NCBI GenBank assembly: GCA_964586065.1
Contig: CAZPFW010000002.1
Location: 1-53,727 of the forward strand
Reading direction: 5' to 3'
Origin: an uncultured Candidatus Saccharibacteria bacterium
GTDB taxonomy: Bacteria; Patescibacteriota; Minisyncoccia; Minisyncoccales; CSSED10-335
Length of the DNA: 53,727 bases
Positions 48,915-53,727 of the stretch are shown here, piece after piece. The translations under genes were made by a program, and so were the position numbers. Below the pieces are notes generated by a model. It worked only from the letters and a program-made list of their open reading frames with translations, was not told where the DNA came from and did no database searches. How positions within the stretch are numbered: position 1 is the stretch's first letter; every line of letters starts with the position of its first letter.

Positions 48915-49337
48915 CTATGAATCATAATAGATCTCTCCTTTTTGGTAACTATCTATCGCCAATTTGCACATCTCAAAAATGGGTTGGGGAAGATCGTCAA
49001 GATCATACCAATCCCATGAATCCAATTTATGAGGTTCCAATACTTTTGGCTGACCGCTTTGCCATTTGGCTAAAAGCCCGATATGCACATAATGTTTCGG
49101 ATCGTATTTGGTCACATTTGCCAAAAATTGAAACGTTATATCCTTAATCTCAATATCGGATTCTTCTTTCACCTCTCTTTTGGCACAATTTTCAAAAGAT
49201 TCCATGTATTCAAGATGACCGCCGGGAAAAGCATATTCCCCCTCGCCATGCGATCCTTTCCTTTTTCCGAGCAAAACCTTGCCGTTCTTAAGAATCATCA
49301 CTCCCACACCAACTTTTGGTTTATTTGCCTGGTTCAT
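48915..49337 (-). CDS. NUDIX hydrolase (NUDT15/MutT-like)
   Basis: VGVGV..VLLGKRKGSHG...PGGHLEYMESFENCAKREVKEE. Confidence 0.88.
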   Translation of the reverse strand: MNQANKPKVGVGVMILKNGKVLLGKRKGSHGEGEYAFPGGHLEYMESFENCAKREVKEESDIEIKDITFQFLANVTKYDPKHYVHIGLLAKWQSGQPKVLEPHKLDSWDWYDLDDLPQPIFEMCKLAIDSYQKGEIYYDS

Positions 49338-49584
49338 CCCTTGAAAAACTCAATTCATTGAAAAATTATGGTTTGTAATTAAAACCGTCTCGGCATTTAT
49401 AATCTCCCTATCGAACCTTGATTCTATCTTGTTTCTTATTGACTCGTCTCTAACTCTCTATATGCATATTTATCATCGCACTTTGAGACTATCCACCCAT
49501 TTTGACCATCTTTTTCAATACGGATGTACTGTCTTTTCCATATCTCCGTCTTACAACATCAAATTACCAATAGATCGCAATGCT

Positions 49585-49887
49585 TTATGACTCTTCTAAG
49601 ATAATTCTTTTCTTAAAAGCTCCGCGTTCTTTAACTTTCTTTTCCCTTGCTTTGCCAATCTCTTCTTTACTGAAGTTCTTAAAAACAGATATCGCATCAA
49701 TCACTTCTTGGATATCTGCCATCTCCTCGATCACCTCACTTTCACAAAATTCTTTCACTTCTTCCAATAATTTATCTTTCAGTTTTTCCCAATATTCATC
49801 ATCGTCGGCAATATGTATGACAGGAGTTCCGCCCTTACTCTTTATATACTCCGGAATCTTATCTCTGACTAATTTATCGTATCTCAT
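49585..49887 (-). CDS. MazG-like/HisE-superfamily nucleoside triphosphate pyrophosphohydrolase
   Basis: [25 protein letters not shown]. Confidence 0.82.
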   Translation of the reverse strand: MRYDKLVRDKIPEYIKSKGGTPVIHIADDDEYWEKLKDKLLEEVKEFCESEVIEEMADIQEVIDAISVFKNFSKEEIGKAREKKVKERGAFKKRIILEES

Positions 49888-49923
49888 GATTTTTATTCTG
49901 CTTCCCGCAACACTTTTCTTGAT

Positions 49924-50319
49924 TCATTTCTCATCTCGCAAGATTTCTGTAATCTTATCTCGCGGAATAATCCTCACATTCACCGTCTCCGTTCCTTGAA
50001 TATGAGCCTTCATAAGTCGGTGCAGTCCATCAAGGATCAACCATCTCCCTTTATTCTCCATTATGTCTATCGGATATTTCAGTTCGGCTCTCACGGTTCG
50101 TTGATATTCGTCTTCATACTTTCTAGGATTTTCAATAACTTCTCTTGGAGTTAGGTTATACACTCCTCCTTTGTGCCAAAGAAACGGAATATCAAAATGC
50201 CAAACAAGCTCCTTAATATTCATATCGGTCACGGGAACATTCAATTTCCAAACTTTCTCTTCATCCCAGTCAAAATCAAATCCTACATCTTCGATAATCT
50301 TTGGAATATTATTTTCCAT
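49924..50319 (-). CDS. ParB/Srx-like domain protein (probable start ATG 50319)
   Basis: YPI...LILDGLHRL motif. Confidence 0.6.
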   Translation of the reverse strand: MENNIPKIIEDVGFDFDWDEEKVWKLNVPVTDMNIKELVWHFDIPFLWHKGGVYNLTPREVIENPRKYEDEYQRTVRAELKYPIDIMENKGRWLILDGLHRLMKAHIQGTETVNVRIIPRDKITEILRDEK

Positions 50320-52798
50320 GACATTTCTTATATTTCTTCCCGCTACCACAGTAGCAAGGATCGTTTCTCCCTATCTTTTTACCATCGGGACTTCTTTTAA
50401 CCGACGAAGGGGCCTGATCTCTCATATCAACTCCCCCCTTCTCAATCAAGCTCGGCGCCAATGTGACGGATTTAAGATTAAATATCGTCTCTATAATTTG
50501 AGCTTCCCATAACTTAATCAGCGTTTGAAAAGCTCTGTGCCCCTCATTCTTATACTCTATCAGAGGATCTTTTTGACCATATGCTCTTAACCTGACCGAT
50601 TCCCTGATCGATTGCATATTTTCTAAATGGTTGACCCAGAGAGAGTCAAAGACTCTTAAAGCCACCATCTTTTCAACTTCTCTCATCTTATCTTCTCCAA
50701 TATCGGCCTCTTTCTTTTCATATTCCTCTCTGCTTCGTCCATACTCTTGAGCTAAATCTATTATGAAGTCTTTTAATTCTCCCCTATCAGCTAAACTCAT
50801 CACCTCATCTCTTTTTTTGTAAGCGATCTCACGATGTTTATTCATCACATCGTCATAATCAAGAAGATGTTTTCTGGCGTCAAAGTGAAATCCTTCTATT
50901 CTACCTTGAGCCGATTCAATTATTCCAGAAAGCATCTTGGCTTCTATCGGTTGATCTTCCGGAACTTTGAGGTATTGCGCTAAAGATTCAATCTTTTCTC
51001 CTCCGAAAACCCTGATAAGGTCGTCTTCTAATGATAAAAAGAATTGGCTTGACCCCGGATCGCCTTGTCTCCCTGATCTTCCTCTTAACTGATTATCGAT
51101 CCTTCGAGCTTCGTGTCTTTCGGTTCCTATGACATGAAGTCCTCCGGCAGACCTGACTTTTTTTTCTTCTTCCGGATCAGCGGGATTCCCTCCGAGAATA
51201 ATATCAACTCCTCTTCCCGCCATGTTGGTCGCCACAGTTACACTACCTAGTCTTCCCGCTTGAGCTATAATCTCTCCCTCTTTCTCATGATTTTTGGCAT
51301 TTAATATTCTGTGAGCTATCCCTTCACGGTTAAGCATCGCCCCCAAAAGCTCATTCCTCTCAATCGATGTTGTTCCGATCAATACTGGTTGCCCTTTATC
51401 ATTTCTCTCTTTTACCTCATCCACTATCGCTCTGTATTTTCCTTTAGTGCTTCGAAAAACCTTATCCGGCAAATCTTTTCTTATCATAGGTTTATTGGTC
51501 GGAATAGGGATCACGTCAAGGCTATAAACCTTGTCAAATTCTTCGGCTGAAGTCAGAGCGGTTCCGGTCATTCCCGATAATTTATGATACATTCTGAACA
51601 AGTTCTGAAAAGTGACTGACGCCAATGTCATCGATTCCGGTTTAACCAAAACTCCTTCTTTAGCCTCAATCGCTTGATGTAATCCGCCCGACCATCTGCG
51701 ACCCGGCATCTGTCTTCCGGTTGATTCATCAATAATGATTATCTCCCCGTCTTTTACGATATAGTGATGATCTTTTTCAAAGAGCGGTTTTCCGGTGGTT
51801 GAATTTATCGCTTGAGCTCTAAGGGCTTGCTCTAAATGGTGCAGATAATTGACTCCTTTGTCTTCATAGATATTATCCACTCCCAATATTTTCTCAATTC
51901 TCTCTATTCCTTGTTCGGTTAAGGTAACCGTTTTCTCTTTCTCAAAAACTTCATAATCTTGATTGGCCTTCAATGAGGGAACTATTCTTGAGAAGCTTTT
52001 ATACATCTCCGAGTTCTCCGTATCCGGTGCTGATATGATAAGCGGAGTTCGCGCTTCATCTATCAAGATTGAGTCAACTTCATCAATGATACAATAATGA
52101 AATCCTCTCTGGTTTCTGAATGAAAGATCATAAACCATATTATCTTTAAGATAATCAAAACCGAACTCATTATTGGTCCCGTAAGTGATATCCGCGTTAT
52201 AGGCTTCTTTCCTAGAGCAAGGTCTTAAAAAATCTTGAATTATCTTAAAACCGCCGAGTTGATCCCTTATTTTATCACTCTCCTCTCCTTGGGCCGAAAA
52301 ACCGGAATCATAGATAAAAGATTGCTGATGATTGACGGACGATGTGGTCAACCCGAGAAAATTGAATATTTGACCCATCCAAACCGTATCTCTTCGAGCC
52401 AAATAGTCATTAACTGTTATTATATGAACACCCTTGCCTTCAAGAGCGTTAAGGTATGCTGGCAGGGTTGCCGCCAAAGTCTTTCCCTCTCCCGTTCTCA
52501 TCTCGGCTATCTTCCCTTGATGAAGAACGATTCCTCCTATGAGCTGAACGTCATAATGTCTCTGTTTCAATGTTCTTTTTGACGCTTCTCTTACTAATGC
52601 AAAAGCCTCGGGTAAAAGATCATCGATCGCCTCTCCACCTTTGAGTCTCTCTTTAAATTCTTCCGTCTTTTTAACGAAACCTTCCGATTGTAACCCGTCA
52701 AACTCGGATTCAAATCGGTTTATCTTATCTATAACCGACTGAAGACTTTTAATGTATTTTTCATTCGGATCACCGAATATTTTTTTAAGTAGTGACAT
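50309..52798 (-). CDS. secA: Protein translocase ATPase SecA (probable start ATG 52798)
   Basis: MRTGEGKT, DEVDSIL, TNMAGRG, C-terminal SEC-C GRNDPCYCGSGKKYKKC. Confidence 0.97.
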   Translation of the reverse strand: MSLLKKIFGDPNEKYIKSLQSVIDKINRFESEFDGLQSEGFVKKTEEFKERLKGGEAIDDLLPEAFALVREASKRTLKQRHYDVQLIGGIVLHQGKIAEMRTGEGKTLAATLPAYLNALEGKGVHIITVNDYLARRDTVWMGQIFNFLGLTTSSVNHQQSFIYDSGFSAQGEESDKIRDQLGGFKIIQDFLRPCSRKEAYNADITYGTNNEFGFDYLKDNMVYDLSFRNQRGFHYCIIDEVDSILIDEARTPLIISAPDTENSEMYKSFSRIVPSLKANQDYEVFEKEKTVTLTEQGIERIEKILGVDNIYEDKGVNYLHHLEQALRAQAINSTTGKPLFEKDHHYIVKDGEIIIIDESTGRQMPGRRWSGGLHQAIEAKEGVLVKPESMTLASVTFQNLFRMYHKLSGMTGTALTSAEEFDKVYSLDVIPIPTNKPMIRKDLPDKVFRSTKGKYRAIVDEVKERNDKGQPVLIGTTSIERNELLGAMLNREGIAHRILNAKNHEKEGEIIAQAGRLGSVTVATNMAGRGVDIILGGNPADPEEEKKVRSAGGLHVIGTERHEARRIDNQLRGRSGRQGDPGSSQFFLSLEDDLIRVFGGEKIESLAQYLKVPEDQPIEAKMLSGIIESAQGRIEGFHFDARKHLLDYDDVMNKHREIAYKKRDEVMSLADRGELKDFIIDLAQEYGRSREEYEKKEADIGEDKMREVEKMVALRVFDSLWVNHLENMQSIRESVRLRAYGQKDPLIEYKNEGHRAFQTLIKLWEAQIIETIFNLKSVTLAPSLIEKGGVDMRDQAPSSVKRSPDGKKIGRNDPCYCGSGKKYKKCHGK

Positions 52799-52867
52799 GT
52801 TAAGAATTGATTGTAGCAAAAAAGTTCAATAATTTAAAGAGATTCTTTTGGACTAAAAGAAAGAGCT

Positions 52868-53668
52868 TCAATTCTTTGTATAGTCAAAAGATCCTTGAGC
52901 GTAAAGAGCTTTGATCTCAAAAGCCGTAAGAGCTCGAGAGTAGAGACGAATGTCGCCGATATCTCCGTTAAACCTGTAAGATGATCCGTGCCCCCCTATC
53001 CAAGCAACGGTTTTCAATATTTCAGTGCTGTTGGATCCCGACATCACCATCTCTCCATTGAGAAAAAACCTGATGGATCCGCCCAAATCTCGACTCAAAG
53101 CTACGTGACTGAAGATGTCCAATTCAACCTCTTGCCCCGATCGCAGAACATCTCCGATTCTGTTTGCGAGTTTTCCATCAGATACCGAAAAATGAAATCT
53201 TCCCGAATCACCGGACTCGTATTGGTCGAATATGAAAAGGTAAGAACTAACAGAATGTGGCTTAATCCAAGCCGACACGGTAAAAGAATCGCTTCCCTCT
53301 AAGATACCGTTTGTAAGACGAATTCCGTCTTGGCTTCTGTTAAAACTCATCGCCTTACCGCTTGTCCCAGGCACTCCGTCCACTAAAGTAGGACAAGATG
53401 TACAACTTCCATTGTTACCGTAGCCTGATAAGTCTTTGTATCTGTTGTCTTCATCATCAAAGTTCCACCAACCTACTAAGTCAGCTCCCAAGAGATTGTG
53501 CATGTTTGATTGAAAGGAGAGAGCGTTGGATATCTTGGCTTGTTCTCTGGCTCCTGTCAGATTGGAGAAGACTATGCTGGCTAAAAGGGCTAAGACTGCT
53601 GCTACTACAAGTAGTTCTACAAGGGTGAAGGCTTTGGAAAAGTGTGGTCTTTTTCGATCAATTCTCAT
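52868..53668 (-). CDS. Pilin-like + LamG protein, copy 7 (ATG 53668)
   Basis: Type B leader nearly identical to copies 2 and 4; diverged 3' end (GDIRLYSRALT). Confidence 0.9.
   Translation of the reverse strand: MRIDRKRPHFSKAFTLVELLVVAAVLALLASIVFSNLTGAREQAKISNALSFQSNMHNLLGADLVGWWNFDDEDNRYKDLSGYGNNGSCTSCPTLVDGVPGTSGKAMSFNRSQDGIRLTNGILEGSDSFTVSAWIKPHSVSSYLFIFDQYESGDSGRFHFSVSDGKLANRIGDVLRSGQEVELDIFSHVALSRDLGGSIRFFLNGEMVMSGSNSTEILKTVAWIGGHGSSYRFNGDIGDIRLYSRALTAFEIKALYAQGSFDYTKN
53454..53636. repeat. 5' constant block (leader type B) of copy 7
   Basis: 183 bp with 1 mismatch versus 19413-19595, 34 kb away. Confidence 0.95.
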
Positions 53669-53727
53669 CAATCACCAAAACCCTGCCTTCCCGAGAGTTC
53701 TTCTGCTTTCTTACGACTGTATTGTGA
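53668..53727 (-). CDS. 3' end of an upstream gene truncated by the window edge (...SQYSRKKAEELSGRQGFGD*)
   Basis: Open frame whose TGA overlaps the copy 7 ATG (TGATG). Confidence 0.45.
   Translation of the reverse strand, partial: SQYSRKKAEELSGRQGFGD

Noticed and set aside
49340-49584. Small gene in the gap within the NUDIX islet
   Set aside because: Only short frames without a convincing start or SD; may be a decayed remnant but cannot be supported.

Overview
Compact, almost entirely minus-strand chromosomal segment (genetic code 11) of a bacterium whose gene content points to Patescibacteria/CPR, probably Parcubacteria (inference). It holds an ftsZ-to-glycolysis/redox operon (ppsA, acs, gap, gpmI, eno, trxB), rarA, nfo, ftsEX, prfB with its programmed frameshift, lepA, murJ, RNase P RNA, three tRNAs, rnhA, recJ-like, pgk and secA/secD/secF. 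The standout feature is a family of seven type IV pilin-like/LamG genes: four in a tandem array next to rarA and three dispersed over about 53 kb. They share near-identical 5' (about 115-190 bp) and 3' (about 85-110 bp) nucleotide blocks around highly divergent, mosaic LamG cores. This is the pattern expected of a recombination or gene-conversion cassette system that diversifies pilus adhesins. Other notable items: an MjaI-like restriction gene frameshifted at an A7 tract, a circularly permuted parvulin inserted in SecD, a NUDIX/MazG/ASCH-like islet between secA and secD, a pilin-like FGE/C-type-lectin protein, and an unannotated 25-aa ORF with a perfect SD. All alignments and counts were done by hand; no databases were searched.
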